Below, piece by piece: positions 50,577 to 62,386 of a stretch of DNA of 64,000 bases. Both the position numbers and the translations under genes were made by a program. Within the stretch, counting starts at the first letter, position 1, and each line of letters begins with the position of its first letter. The DNA comes from an uncultured Acidobacteriota bacterium. GTDB lineage: Bacteria; Acidobacteriota; UBA6911. Location: assembly GCA_963827655.1 (NCBI GenBank), contig CAWHCF010000031.1, positions 32,001-96,000 on the forward strand. Direction: 5' to 3'. The notes below the pieces were generated by a model. The model saw only the letters and a list, made by a program, of their open reading frames with translations. It was not told the origin of the DNA and ran no database searches.

Positions 50577-53500
50577 TCAGAAGTCCAGGCGGGCGCCCAG
50601 GGTAATTATCCGCGCGCCTATCTGCGGACCCGTCGGCCGTCCAAAGTTCGCGTTTCCAATCGTACCAACGATACCGCCAAAGTTCGTCCGGTTGAACACA
50701 TTGAACGCATCGGCGCGTAAGATCAGATCCAAACTCCGATCGCTCTTAACCGGAAACCTCATGCGCTTTTGGAGCGACAAATTCTCTTGGAATGCCGGCG
50801 GGTTGCGGAAATCGTTGAAGTAGTGCGCCGCGTTGCCAAGCTCGAACTGTCCCGGTGAAGTGAACGCGGCTGCGTTAAACCACCGCGTGCTGGGATTGTT
50901 CGGGTCGAGGGTTGTCCGATCGATGCCGGTTTGAATGGCCCCCGTGCCGAGGTTTGCCTTCTTAAACTGCGTGAAGAGTACGCCCGTACCCAGCGTGTTC
51001 GCCGGGGCCTGCACAAGAATCAGACCGCCCGAACGATACTGTTGGAGCGTGCTGATCGTCCAATCGCCCACGAGCAGGTTCGCCGCGAAGTTGTCCGTGT
51101 TCATAAACCTTTTCCCCTTCCCGAACGGCAAGACATAGGAGCTGAGGAAATTGAACACGTGCGTCAGATCGAAGGGCAGGAAACTCTTGTCCTCGTCGTA
51201 GTGGTAGTTGTCCTGCGCAGCAATGTTATGGCCCGAGGTCGCGAAATTCTGGGAGAAAATCTGCCGGTAATGGGCCACTCCTAGCGATTTCGACCAGGTG
51301 TAGGCCCCCATCATTTGCCAATCCCCAAAGCGCCGCTCGACCTTCGCTTGCATAGAGTCATACCAGGTCCGGCCAATGCCCGCGTTGCGCTCAGAAACAT
51401 CGAAGTACTGAGGATATGGTCGCAACGCCTGAGCCAAAGTCTGGTCGTCTGGGAAGCTCGCATACGGCTTGGTGTAACCGGCTGCCACCACGGCAGGGTC
51501 GTCAATCCGGCGCTGCAGCAGGGACCCTAATGATAGCCGGCTTACGGGGAGCTGGTTGAGAAGCACCGTCGAGTTCAACCCGCGTCCGCGGTTACCGACA
51601 TAAGCAATATCGAACACGAACTTCGATACTTCGTGCTGAATATTGATGCTCCAGCTATGGATGCGCGGCGCCCTGCCGAAATTCTCGGAGAACACATCCA
51701 CGTTGTTGAAGTTGCCTACCTCGGGGTCGAGCAGCGGCGGCGGGCGGAACCCCGGGGGAGCGGCGATACCAGTGTCCCAGTTCAGGGCGCCGTTCAAGCC
51801 ATCCGAGACGAGGGTGATGGGATTCGCAAAACCGATCCGGCATCCGCAACCGCCATTGCCGAGCGTCTGATAAAAGATCCCATATCCGCCGCGAAGCACC
51901 GTCTTGTCCGTAATCCTGTAGCTTAAACCAGCTCGGGGCCCGAAGTTGGAGTAATCCGTCGGGTAGGGACGCTTATCGCCGGTCCGTCCGGGGCCCTCTC
52001 CGAAGAAAACCATGGCCCCGGGAAGGCCGCCCGCGCCCGGGTTCGGGATTTGCCGATCCATCCCTGAATAGTCCCCGTTTTTATCATGCCAGTTGATTGG
52101 AAGGTCGTACCGCATACCCAGGCTGAGCGTCAGGCGCGGATTGACTTTCCAGTTGTCCTGGAACCATGCCGCGTGGTAGCCGTAGCGTATATTTCCAATC
52201 AATACCGGCAGCGCGACACGATCGGCTAAGTCCGGCAGTCCCAACAACAGGCTTGCAAAGGCATGGCCCGTTCCGGAGAGATTTGTCGGCAATGCAGTCT
52301 GCGCGCGCGCAAATGTATAGCGGCCGTTGGTTCCGGCGAGGTCAATGGGATCCGAAGTCGTGTGCAACCGCCGGAAATCCCAGCCCATTTTGAACTCGTG
52401 GGCGCCGCGGATCCAGCTCAGTGACTGCGTAAGGTGGTTGGTGATGTTGATCTGGCTGCCATTCGCGACCTTCCCATCCGCGACACCCCACTGCGTCAGG
52501 GCATCGGCGCCGCTGAATATGACGCGCGGCATGGCGTCGGAGTCGCCCGTGATTCCGGGAAAGCCGAACTGTCGATGCAGCCGCCTTCTGGTACGGGTTA
52601 TCCCAGAGCTGGCGCGTGCGCGAGTACCCGAATGTCGTGTGGAGGAGAATAGTTGGACTGAGCACCAGGTCGTGGTTCCAGCGCCAGTTATCGGGACGCT
52701 GGAAAGTCTCGAGCCCCTGCCCTAACGGCCCGGGAAATGCCGCCAAAACGCCGCTCAGTTCATTCTCTTTCGTCATGGTGAATGCCAGCCTGTTGCCCGG
52801 AGTGAACGCATGGTCGAGTTTCAAATTCCAAATGTATTTGTCAAAGACCGTCTCGTTCACATTGTCGAAGTTCCCAGTCAGGGTCGACCGTGTCGGATCC
52901 GGAATGGCTGCGATCAGGTTCCTCGCGATCTGGCTGAATCGGCTTTGCGGAATAATGTTGTTCGGAAAAGGCGTGCGAGTGTTCCCCGACGTGGTCGCCG
53001 GATCGTAGATGATCTGAGAAGCAGGAAGCTCGCCGAAGTCGCCTTGTTTCATGCGGGCCGTCGGCACCGTGCTGAGGACCGGGGTCGAAGTGACCGGCCG
53101 CTTATCTTTCGAATATGTAAAAAAGTAGAACGTCTTGTTGCGGCCATCATAGAGCTTCGGGATCCAGACGGGCCCTCCGGTTGCCGCACCGATTTCGTTG
53201 AAGCGATCCTTCGGCCGGGCCCGCCCTGAGGCGTTGAAAGCCCAGGCATTCGCATTCCAAATATCGCGCCGCCAGTTGAGGAACGCCGTGCCGTGAAACT
53301 CGTTGGTGCCTGACTTCGTGACGTAGAGCTCGACACCTCCCCCGAAACGCCCGTATTCAGCGTCGAACGTCGATGTCAGCAATTTGAACTCGCCGAACAT
53401 TTCCGCCGCGGGAAAATTGAATGACACTCCACCGGATTCCGGAATGGTCGCGGACGCGCCGTCGATCAGGACCTCTTGCGCCCGTCCGCCTGAGCCGGAA

Positions 53501-54015
53501 ACGGACAACTCAGTCGAGGGATTCGCCCCCGGCATGTAGTTGACGAAGGTCCTGGGATTGCGAATGCCGCCCGAAAAGAACGGCAGGGTGTTCATAAACT
53601 GTGTCGAAAGGCCTTGGCCCCGCTGGCTGGACGTTGTCTCGAGAAGCGGAACCTCTTGGGTTACTACGACAGTTTCTTGCATATTGCCGATGTCGAGTGT
53701 CAGGTCTAATTCCTGACGGGTCGCGATCCGTATCTCGACGTTGCCGCGGTTCAGCTTTTTGAATCCCGTCATCTCGACCGAAACCTCATACATCCCAACC
53801 GGGAGACTGGGAATGACGTACAGGCCTGCCTCTGAGGTGAGTGTTTCCGACTTGACCCCGCTTGCGGTGTTCGTCGCCACCACTCGAGCGCCAGGTACAG
53901 CGCTCCCGGTCTGATCCTTAACGGTTCCTGAGAGGGAACCCGTCGCGACCTGAGCTGCCGCGAACGAAGAAAGTAGCAAAACCGCAACTAGGGAGAACAT
54001 AAATCGCTTCATCAT
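50577..54015 (-). CDS. TonB-dependent receptor with N-terminal carboxypeptidase-regulatory-like domain; apparent frameshift near 52575
   Basis: G.LSGTVKDQTG.AVPGA.V, AEYGR.GGG, TKSGTNEFHG, QDNWKV.PRLTL.LG.RYD, FNVFNRTNF, terminal RLDF. Confidence 0.88.
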
Positions 54016-54522
54016 CCAGACCCCCTTTTGGTTTCCGTTACCGACTCGAAGTTTGAGTTGCCGGAGTATACACCACAAGACGCAACTGCGCAGCCGCAGT
54101 CGTATGAACTCCTAGTCTCTTACCTTTATATCCCAGAAACGCAGCAGGCATCGGCCGCTGGTTCGTATCTTCGAGCACCCGCAGTAGCTCGGCGTAGCCG
54201 ATGGATGCCAGGTTCTTCTCCATGACAATTGACGACATCCGTTCGAACATGCCACATCTTCGCGGTCGCGCCGCGTAGCTCCACTGCCCGATCGAGAGTA
54301 AGGCCCCAGCTTTCGAGGCTCTGGTTGGTCAGAAGTGACAGAGCGTCGTTTCGCCGCGTAAATACAATTTCATTACCTACTGGCTCGAAAGCCTTCGAAA
54401 TAGACAGAACCGGACCGAAAGCTCAGCTTCGATATCGGTGGCAAGTCTCTTTAGAGACTTTAGGACCCTTGCTGCTAATAAAGTTGACCATTCAAACAAG
54501 TTTCCGAGGGCTGCTCCAGGTT

Positions 54523-54550
54523 GGAGTCGGGCGACAAGTCGCCGAACTCC
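54523..54550. repeat. REP-like palindrome
   Basis: GGAGT-CGGGCGAC-AA-GTCGCCGA-ACTCC. Confidence 0.5.
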
Positions 54551-54593
54551 ATTAATCGAGTGGAGAACAACGGACCGCTTCCAAACATTCCAT

Positions 54594-54623
54594 TTGACAC
54601 GGATGAAATCAAAACGATATCAT
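54594..54623 (+). promoter_or_regulatory. sigma70 promoter with overlapping palindromic operator
   Basis: TTGACA-18-TATCAT; ATGAAATC-N5-GATATCAT (54603-54623). Confidence 0.6.
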
Positions 54624-54647
54624 TCTGCTTTCAAGGAGAGTGCGTCC

Positions 54648-55517
54648 ATGTTGCGCGAAAAGCAAATTCGTGGTTTTTCGGGGTGGCTTTTTGTGTTTGG
54701 GTTTCTGGTGGTCCTGGGTTTCTCGATCTGGATGCTCGTCGTCGCGATTTCTGACCGAGCGGGGCCGGCGATCGTTGCCTGGTTGCTGGTCCAGGCCGTG
54801 GCTATAGTCTGCGTTTTCGGCTTGACGGTCGTTAACCCGAATGAGGCGAAGGTCGTCCAGCTGTTCGGGGTCTACAAGGGCTCGCTTAAGGAGCAGGGAT
54901 TCTGGTGGGTAAACCCGCTGACCCTGCGCCGCAAGGTCTCGCTGCGCGTGCGCAATTTCGAAAGCAGCCGGCTCAAGGTGAACGATCAGGATGGTAATCC
55001 TATCGAGATCGCGACCGTGATCGTGTGGCGCGTGGTCGAAACGGCCGAGGCGGTCTTTCACGTGGACGACTACGAGCACTTCGTTCACGTACAGAGCGAA
55101 TCGGCGGTGCGTAACCTGGCTACGACGTATCCTTACGACACTCATCTCGAGGGCCAGTTATCGCTGCGAGGCTCGGTCCTGGAGATTGCTCACCGGCTGC
55201 GCGAGGAGATTCAGGAGCGGCTCACAAGGGCCGGTGTGGAAGTGATCGAGGCCCGCATCAGCCATCTTGCCTATGCGCCGGAAATCGCAAGCGCGATGCT
55301 GCGGCGGCAGCAGGCGAGCGCCATCATCGCCGCCCGGCAGAAGATTGTCGAAGGGGCGGTGGGAATGGTCGAGATGGCTCTCGAGCAGCTGAGCTCCAAG
55401 CAGGTGGTTCAACTGGACGAGGAGCGGAAGGCCGCCATGGTGAGCAATCTGCTCGTCGTGCTCTGCAGCGACCGGGATGCGCAGCCGGTAGTGAACACCG
55501 GCACCTTGTATCAGTAG
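54648..55517 (+). CDS. SPFH/band 7 domain membrane protein
   Basis: Two [53 protein letters not shown]; SD AAGGAG. Confidence 0.9.
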   Translation: MLREKQIRGFSGWLFVFGFLVVLGFSIWMLVVAISDRAGPAIVAWLLVQAVAIVCVFGLTVVNPNEAKVVQLFGVYKGSLKEQGFWWVNPLTLRRKVSLRVRNFESSRLKVNDQDGNPIEIATVIVWRVVETAEAVFHVDDYEHFVHVQSESAVRNLATTYPYDTHLEGQLSLRGSVLEIAHRLREEIQERLTRAGVEVIEARISHLAYAPEIASAMLRRQQASAIIAARQKIVEGAVGMVEMALEQLSSKQVVQLDEERKAAMVSNLLVVLCSDRDAQPVVNTGTLYQ

Positions 55518-55554
55518 TCCAATTGACTGGGCCCCCCTGACTGGGGAAGGAGTG

Positions 55555-55773
55555 ATGGCGCCAAGAAAACCATTTCTGCTCCGGCTCGATCCGGCGACGC
55601 ACGAGGCGCTTCAGAGATGGGCGGACGCGGAACTGCGCAGCGTGAACGCGCAAATCGAATTCCTGCTCCGCCGCGCTCTTCGCGAGGCGGGGCGCCTGTC
55701 CGGTGGTGACGAGCCTCACGCGATCCCGGACAACGCCGGCGTTTCGGACGGCGGCAAGGAACGAAGCCAGTGA
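55555..55773 (+). CDS. Arc-like ribbon-helix-helix DNA-binding protein
   Basis: [10 protein letters not shown]...[23 protein letters not shown]. Confidence 0.85.
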   Translation: MAPRKPFLLRLDPATHEALQRWADAELRSVNAQIEFLLRRALREAGRLSGGDEPHAIPDNAGVSDGGKERSQ

Positions 55774-56532
55774 AGCAACCACACAGGTTTGAACAGAGTC
55801 AGCGTGGCTGGATCGCCCCGGAGGGGCTCGACCGGGCGCGTCCGCGCCGCGTTGCCCTGACTGGCGGCGGAAAGGCTCTGCTTGTTCTGGCGCTGGCCTT
55901 GTGTATCGGCAGTCTGCCTGCAGCTGTCCTGCTGGGCTCCGTCGCCCGGCGCAATGCGGAGGAGCGCAGGCTGATGCAGGAGCAAGGGCGTCGAGACGGA
56001 AGGCCGGATCACTCGTCTTGCCAGGGGCGGCGGCGAGGATCGTTACCGGGTTTCATACGGATTCACCGCGAATGGGCGAACCTACGAGCGGAACCGCAAG
56101 GTCTCGGCTCGAACCTGGAAATCGCTCAAAGTTGGAGCGAGCCTGCCCGTACGATATCTTCCATCCAACCCGGAGATCCACAATCCCGCCGGATGGAGCA
56201 AGAACGACATGCCAATGTGGCTTCCGCCTCTCGCCGGCTTCTCGCTGGCCATGGGAGGCTGGTTGTGCATGTTTCCTATTCGAAGCCAGCGCCGGCTTCT
56301 CGGCGGCGGCAGAGTGACCCCCGGGGTCGTGACGCGCCATTCAAAGGGACAGCATGGTTACACGATTTCCTACGAATTCTCTCTGATGAACGGAGCCCGG
56401 CGCACTGGAGAAACCGGTCCCAGGAAGGATCCTCCTGCTTTGGGCAGCACCCTCCCGGTACTCTATGATCCGGAGGAACCCCGGAAGAACGCCGTGTACC
56501 CGCTGTCGTTGGTGCGATTAGCCCAACCTTAG
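55770..56532 (+). CDS. Membrane protein with duplicated TM + OB-like (DUF3592-like) units; frameshifted
   Basis: TM segment then SYGF...[13 protein letters not shown]; second TM then GVVT...ISYEF...[10 protein letters not shown]. Confidence 0.55.
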
Positions 56533-56600
56533 AGTTTCTTCGTCTTGGTGTCCTGGTGGTATTGTTTTGCAGCCTAACGAAGACACGAAGAAGCCAAGCG

Positions 56601-57342
56601 ATGAAACGAGAGTTCGCAGAACAGTACGGCAATCTGGAGCAGTGGCACTGGTGGTTTCGCGGCCGCCAGAGAATTCTCGATCAAGTGCTACGCCGCGAGC
56701 TGGACGGCGTGGTCTCTCCCAGGGTGGCCTCGGTAGGATGCGGCCCGGCGGAAGGACTTGCCTGGCTCTCGTCTCTGGTGGAGCCACACGGGCAGGTCGT
56801 AGGCCTCGATCTCGATTCGACTCACGCGCGCAATTTGGGTCCCCGGATGAAATACGTGGTCGGCCGGCTGGAGGCAGTTCCCCTCGCCTCGCGTTCCTTC
56901 GACGCCGTCCTTGCGCTCGATGTTCTGGAGCACCTCGATGATGATGCCGCAGGCCTGCAGGAAGCCGGACGTCTGGTCAAGCGTGCCGGCCTGCTGCTGG
57001 TCACCGTCCCGGCCTTTCCCAGCCTCTGGGGAGGGCAGGACGAGGTCAGCTATCATCGGCGCCGATACACAAAGCGCAGCTCTGTGCCAGGCGTTTGAGC
57101 GCGCCGGGCTGCCGTCTCCCGAAGTGACTTATTTCAATGCGCTCCTGCTAGCCCCGATTGCGATGATTCGCTGGATGCATCGCCTCCAGGGACGGGCTCA
57201 TCAATCGCGCAGCGACTTCGATGGCAGCCGTCCCGGCCTGGCCAATGAAATCCTTGCCGGCGTGTTTGGCGCGGAGCGTCACCTGGTGGGCCGGGTTCCG
57301 ATACCGGCCGGGGTCAGCCTGCTGGCCACCGCACGTCCCTGA
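56601..57342 (+). CDS. Class I SAM-dependent methyltransferase; apparent frameshift near 57080
   Basis: HWWFRGR, VGCG, FDAVLALDVLEHLDDD, VTVPA...W..QD...HRRRYT, P.GVSL. Confidence 0.82.
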
Positions 57343-57351
57343 GTCATGGCT

Positions 57352-57457
57352 CATCATTGGTCATTTGTCATCATTTGTCATTTCTCATTGACGTTCCGCT
57401 GGTGTGTTCAGCGTAAAGAATGACCAATGACGAATGAAAAATGATAAATGATAAATG
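57352..57457. repeat. Inverted 7-mer tandem array (TCATTTG)n ... (AAATGAY)n
   Basis: Five to six 7-mer units per arm, ~30-nt spacer, ends at ATG 57460. Confidence 0.78.
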
Positions 57458-57459
57458 CT

Positions 57460-59313
57460 ATGTCCAAGAAAGCCAGGCGGCTTGACCGCCAAATCGTCGG
57501 CGCAGTCCTCTTCCCTCGTCAGTTCTGGTCGCGCAAGTCGCGCGCTGGGCTGGTCCGATCGCGATTGCGCTTGCCGGAATAGGAATGACCGTCTGGACCT
57601 GGCAAACGTGGGCGGATGTGTTAGTCGATTTTGGGCGCGAGGTATACGTTCCCTGGCAGTTGACTGAAGGTAAGGTGCTCTATCGGGATATTGCCTACTT
57701 CAATGGTCCTCTTTCACCTTACCTCAACTCCATCTGGTTTCGTTTGTTTGGTACCAGCATCCTCACCCTTGCCATCTGTAACCTGGTAATCCTTGCGGCG
57801 CTGGTCTGCCTCTTGTACGTCATCCTGACGCAGGTGGCGAGCCGGCTCGGCGCTACTGCCGCCTGTTTGCTGCTGCTGGTGGTTTTCTCCTTCGGGCAGC
57901 TTCTCCATATCGGGAACTTCAATTTCGTTTCCCCCTACGCCCACGAGATGACGCACGGCATCGTGCTCTCGGTTAGCGCCATCTTCTTCCTGGGCGTTTA
58001 TCTCAGGCGAAGGCAGGTCCTTCCCATCGCCGGCGCCGGGCTCGCGCTGGGTCTTGCCTTCCTGACCAAGCCGGAAGTATTCGCCGCCGCGGCTCTTTCG
58101 ATCGTGAGCGGTTTAGGATTGACGTTCTGGACCGAGCGTCCCTCTGCACGCCGCGTGGCCATTCTCCTTGGAAGCTTCACCTCCGCTGCGCTGCTGCCGC
58201 CGTTGGTCGCCTTCGCCCTGTTGAAGATGAACCTGGACGCCGGCGAAGCCTGGCGCGGGTTGTTGGGCGGATGGCTCTATGCCTTTAACGCGGAGCTGAG
58301 CGCTCAGACGTACTACCGCGACGTCCTCGGGACGCTCGATCTCGGTCAAAATCTGCTCGTCATCGTGAAGGCCATTGGGCTGTATTGCCTTTTCTTCCTT
58401 CCGCTCGCCGGATTGGCTTTCGCGCTGCGCAAGCTCGGAGCTTATCGCGCCTGGATTGCCTCGGCTTTGTTCTTGTTGCTCCTGCTCGTGCCTCAATTCC
58501 AGCGGCTGGTCTGGTCGAACCTGGTGCGGCCGCTGCCGCTGTTCATGGTCGTGCTGGCCGCAGTCTGCCTGGCTCTACTCTTTAAGCCGGATCTGGATCG
58601 GGAGGAAAAAGACCGGATGATCCTGCGAGCCACGCTTGCCGTATTTGCCCTGGCGCTGCTTGCGAAGATGATCTTCAAAGTCCGCGTGGCGCATTATGGC
58701 TTCGGGCTGAGTATGCCGGCGACGCTGTTGTTGGTCGTGAGCATCGTTGATTGGATTCCCCAGATGATCACCCGCAGGGGCGGATACGGCCCCCTGTTTC
58801 GCGCCGGTTCCCTGGCTCTGCTGGTTCTAGCGGGCCAGGGTTTTCTGGGTAACTTCGAGCGGTGGTTCAGGCATAAGAATTACGCCGGTCGGGAGCGGCG
58901 CCGACCGGATCCGGGCGGATGAGCGGGGGTATTTTGTGGCCCTGGCACTCGACGAAATCGGGCGCCAGCTCGCACCCAACGACACCCTCGCGGTCGTTCC
59001 AGAGGGAGTGATGCTGAACTATCTCTCTCGCCGCGTGAACCCGACGCCCCACATCAATTTCATGCCTCCGGAACTCATAATGTTTGGCGAACGTAGCATC
59101 CTGGCGGCTTTCGAGGCGCACCCGCCGGACTATGTGGCGGTGGCGCACAAACAGACTGAGGAATATGGTTTGCTCTACTTCGGCAAGGACTACGGTCAGA
59201 AGATCCACGCGTGGATCATGGAGAACTACACGCAGGTAAAGCTCTGGGGAGAGCCTCCGCTGCAGAGTCCCGCCTTTGGCATCCTTCTGCTCAAACGAAA
59301 AAGCATGGAATGA
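57460..59313 (+). CDS. Polytopic membrane protein, GT-C (ArnT/PMT-like) glycosyltransferase; apparent frameshifts near 57500 and 58900
   Basis: D.LVDFGREVY, G..LYRD..YFNGPLSPY, LAFLTKPE, many TM segments; C-terminal part in ORF 58936-59313. Confidence 0.65.
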
Positions 59314-59347
59314 ATTCCTTGGCGGTGGAGGAGCCTGGACGCGAGGG

Positions 59348-62300
59348 CTATTTCAGAGTCGACAGATACGCCACCAGGTCGACAAGCTGCTGCGTGGTCA
59401 TGCCCGACGACAGTCCCGTCGGCATGAGCGAGGTGGCGCTCTTGGTCCGCGATACGATGTCCGAGGCCTGGATTCGGATCGTATTTCCGTTTGAATCCAC
59501 CAGTTCCATCGCGTCCTGGGTTTCCGAGCGAATGTAGCCGTCGAGATATCCCTGCGATCTGGTTCGCACAAGCCAGACCTGGTATTCATGGCTTACGGCC
59601 GCGCTCGGATTCAGGATAGATTCCAGCATCGCTTCCCGCGCCAGCTTGCCGCCGATTCGTGACAAGTCAGGCCCGACGTCGCGCCCTTCACCGGCGATTT
59701 TGTGGCACCTGTAGCATTGAGGGCCGTCGGTACTGTGAAAAATCGTTTTACCGCGCGGCACATCGCCCTTCATTTGGATCAACACCGGCAGCGGAGCCAG
59801 GGGCTTTCCAGTCCGTGTCTTCGGCAAGGGCAGCAGTTGTTGAGCCATGAGGCGAATGTTCTCATGAGGGCTGGCATTGGTGACGGTGCTTGCTTCCAGG
59901 ACAAGATCCTGCGCCAGCTTTCCCTGCTCGGCCATCTGCAGCAGGACCAGCGCGCCCGATTTTGAAGCTCCGAGGAGGCGCACAACTTCCCGGCGAAGGT
60001 CTCCGGGAACCGATGGCTTCAAGAGGATTCCCTGCAGCGTCTGTTGAGCGTCATCACTGTTGAGCGCGCTCATAGCCCGCGCGGCGGCGATCGCGACGCT
60101 TCGATCGGGATCCCCGAGCAACATTCGAAGCGGATCGAGCGGGAGAGGAGACTGCAGCTGCCGCATGGTTTCGATGGCCGCAATGCGCGACTCACGGGAG
60201 TTCTGACGATTTTTTGCCGTCTCCATGAGCTGCGGTATGAATTCGGTCAGGCGCAGCTCTCGAATCAGGCGTTCGGCTCCGGGTCGAAGCTCGGCACTTT
60301 GCAAAGCCGTCTTGAGAAAATCACGCAGCCGGGGATCCAGCCGCGCCGAGGCCCCTCCGGATCCAGCATCCCGGCCCAGGAACTGGAGCGCAGCCAGAAT
60401 GATGGGTCGCGGGGTATCCTCGCGGAGCTGCCCGAGCATTCGGTCGACGGCCATGTCGTTTTGCCCGGCAGCCACAATCTTCAGCGCATCCAGACGCTCC
60501 TCAACCGGCCGGCCTGGGTCCGCCAGAACCTCACCGGCCATCTGGACGGCTTCGGGAGGATGCAGTTGGAAGGCGAGCTCGACGAAGCGCTTGTCCCACC
60601 CGCTCCCGAATCTCTTCACGATCTCGGAGAAGTAGCGGCTTTCATGCCCCCGCATCGCAATGCCGAGAGCTTCCCGGTAGAACCGATCCTGCCCGTCAAA
60701 TCTTTCAGCCAGCTTCAGGATCCAATCCGAAACCCATTCGCCTTTGCTATGTTGAAGCCGCAGCAGCAACTCGCGGCGCACCCCTGGATCGGAGTCCTCA
60801 AGGAGCCAGTGCGCTGCGCGAAGGCTTTCAGCACCTGGCGCCGCAAGGATCCTGAGCGCCTGGATCCGGAACTCAGGCCGCGGGTCGCGCGTGGTTTCGA
60901 GCGCCAGCGCGCGTCCGGGTTCGCCCCAGGATCCGGCGAGCCAGAGGGCGCGGGCGCGCAGAACGTCATCGCCTTTGCGAGCCAGCGGTTCCAGAATCTG
61001 CCGCGCCTGATCGCTCTTTTTTTCATCCAGAGCCTGAAAGGCCAGGAACCGGGTCGCCTGGTTGGGCGAACCAAGCGCGGTGACCGCGGCGGTCGCGCTT
61101 GACAGGTCCGGCTTCTGGACCTGGTAGCGGCTCCCAGTCGGCGCTACGCGGTAGACGCGGCCGCGCGAGAAATCCCTCAGGTTGTGCCCACCGACACCCG
61201 GATCGTACCAGTCGGCGACAAAAAGCGAGCCGTCGGGCGCCGCGGCGACATCGATCGGGCGGAACCATTTATCGCCGGGACAGGAGAGGATGGTCTGGAT
61301 TTCCGCCGAGAAGGAGGCCCCGCTGGGTCTCACCGGGTAGGAGCGTACGACCCCGGGTCCCGCGTCGGCGTGGATCAGCGTTCTGCGAAAGCGTTCGGGC
61401 AGGAGTGTTCCCTCGTAAAACATCATTCCGGTCGGCGAGCCGAAACCGGTCTTGAGAATCTTGGGCACCACGCCCGGAGCATCTTCATTCCAGTGCACGG
61501 CATCCAGCCGGCGGTCTCCTCTCCGCCTGGGCCAGTATCCGTAATTTCCTCCTTCCATGACAAACACGATCCGGCACTGCTCGTTTCCGTCATCGTCGTT
61601 GTCGGAGATGAACACGTTTCCGAGCGAGTCCACCGCAGGCTCGAAAGGATTGCGCAATCCCTCGGCGAGCAACTCCAGACTCTTCCCCTCCAGATCGGTG
61701 CGCAACACGGACGCAGCCATGTGCGGCGCGTTAGGGCCGACCCGGATGCGATTACCCTGGCGATCCGTAACGTCCAGCCCCTGGTCGCCGTTGCTCAAAT
61801 AAAGGTGGCCGTCCGGACCGAAAATAACTCCATGGATCGCATGATCGTGGTCCACGCCTTTGAACCCCGTCAGCACTACTGTTTTCTTGTCGGCCACGCC
61901 GTCCCCATCGGTGTCCTCCAAATAGAAAAGATCGGGGGACTGGCAGACGTAAACGCGGCGTCCAAGGACGGCGATTCCGAGCGGCGCCTGGAGCGAAGCA
62001 TCCTGGTAATACGTGGTTGCCTTGTCGCAGCGTCCGTCTCCGTTCGTGTCTTCAAGTATCCGGATGCGGTCGCCATCCCGGCGCGAGAGCGGGTTCTTGA
62101 AGAGCCGGTAATTGGCAGCCTCGGTCACCCAGACACGTCCCTCGGAGTCAACATCCATCGCGGTCGGATTCACCAGATCCGGTTCCGCGGCGAAGAGTGA
62201 GACCTCGAGGCCTTCAGCCGTCTTCATATTCCGGAGCGCCCTTTCAGCCGGCATCTGGCCGTGGAGTGCGCTCAGACAGACCAGAATGCCGACCAAGATA

Positions 62301-62386
62301 ATCGTGAGTGGCAGGAATCGCTTCATAGGCGTTTTCTTCGCATCTCGTGGTTGATTGGTGCGCGATGACCTCCTCTTAAAGGTCAC
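59348..62386 (-). CDS. PVC-type membrane-bound dehydrogenase-domain protein with HEAT repeats and c-type haem domain (alternative start 62326)
   Basis: LFAAEPDLVNP, RILEDTNGDG..DK, GLRNP, FRPID..APDGSL.VADWY, CYRCH, VGPDLS, SLMP.G. Confidence 0.88.
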   Translation of the reverse strand: MTFKRRSSRTNQPRDAKKTPMKRFLPLTIILVGILVCLSALHGQMPAERALRNMKTAEGLEVSLFAAEPDLVNPTAMDVDSEGRVWVTEAANYRLFKNPLSRRDGDRIRILEDTNGDGRCDKATTYYQDASLQAPLGIAVLGRRVYVCQSPDLFYLEDTDGDGVADKKTVVLTGFKGVDHDHAIHGVIFGPDGHLYLSNGDQGLDVTDRQGNRIRVGPNAPHMAASVLRTDLEGKSLELLAEGLRNPFEPAVDSLGNVFISDNDDDGNEQCRIVFVMEGGNYGYWPRRRGDRRLDAVHWNEDAPGVVPKILKTGFGSPTGMMFYEGTLLPERFRRTLIHADAGPGVVRSYPVRPSGASFSAEIQTILSCPGDKWFRPIDVAAAPDGSLFVADWYDPGVGGHNLRDFSRGRVYRVAPTGSRYQVQKPDLSSATAAVTALGSPNQATRFLAFQALDEKKSDQARQILEPLARKGDDVLRARALWLAGSWGEPGRALALETTRDPRPEFRIQALRILAAPGAESLRAAHWLLEDSDPGVRRELLLRLQHSKGEWVSDWILKLAERFDGQDRFYREALGIAMRGHESRYFSEIVKRFGSGWDKRFVELAFQLHPPEAVQMAGEVLADPGRPVEERLDALKIVAAGQNDMAVDRMLGQLREDTPRPIILAALQFLGRDAGSGGASARLDPRLRDFLKTALQSAELRPGAERLIRELRLTEFIPQLMETAKNRQNSRESRIAAIETMRQLQSPLPLDPLRMLLGDPDRSVAIAAARAMSALNSDDAQQTLQGILLKPSVPGDLRREVVRLLGASKSGALVLLQMAEQGKLAQDLVLEASTVTNASPHENIRLMAQQLLPLPKTRTGKPLAPLPVLIQMKGDVPRGKTIFHSTDGPQCYRCHKIAGEGRDVGPDLSRIGGKLAREAMLESILNPSAAVSHEYQVWLVRTRSQGYLDGYIRSETQDAMELVDSNGNTIRIQASDIVSRTKSATSLMPTGLSSGMTTQQLVDLVAYLSTLK

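Noticed and set aside
54030-54480. Possible gene between the TBDR and SPFH
   Set aside because: Only short ORFs with no recognisable motif; could be a decayed fragment but not supportable
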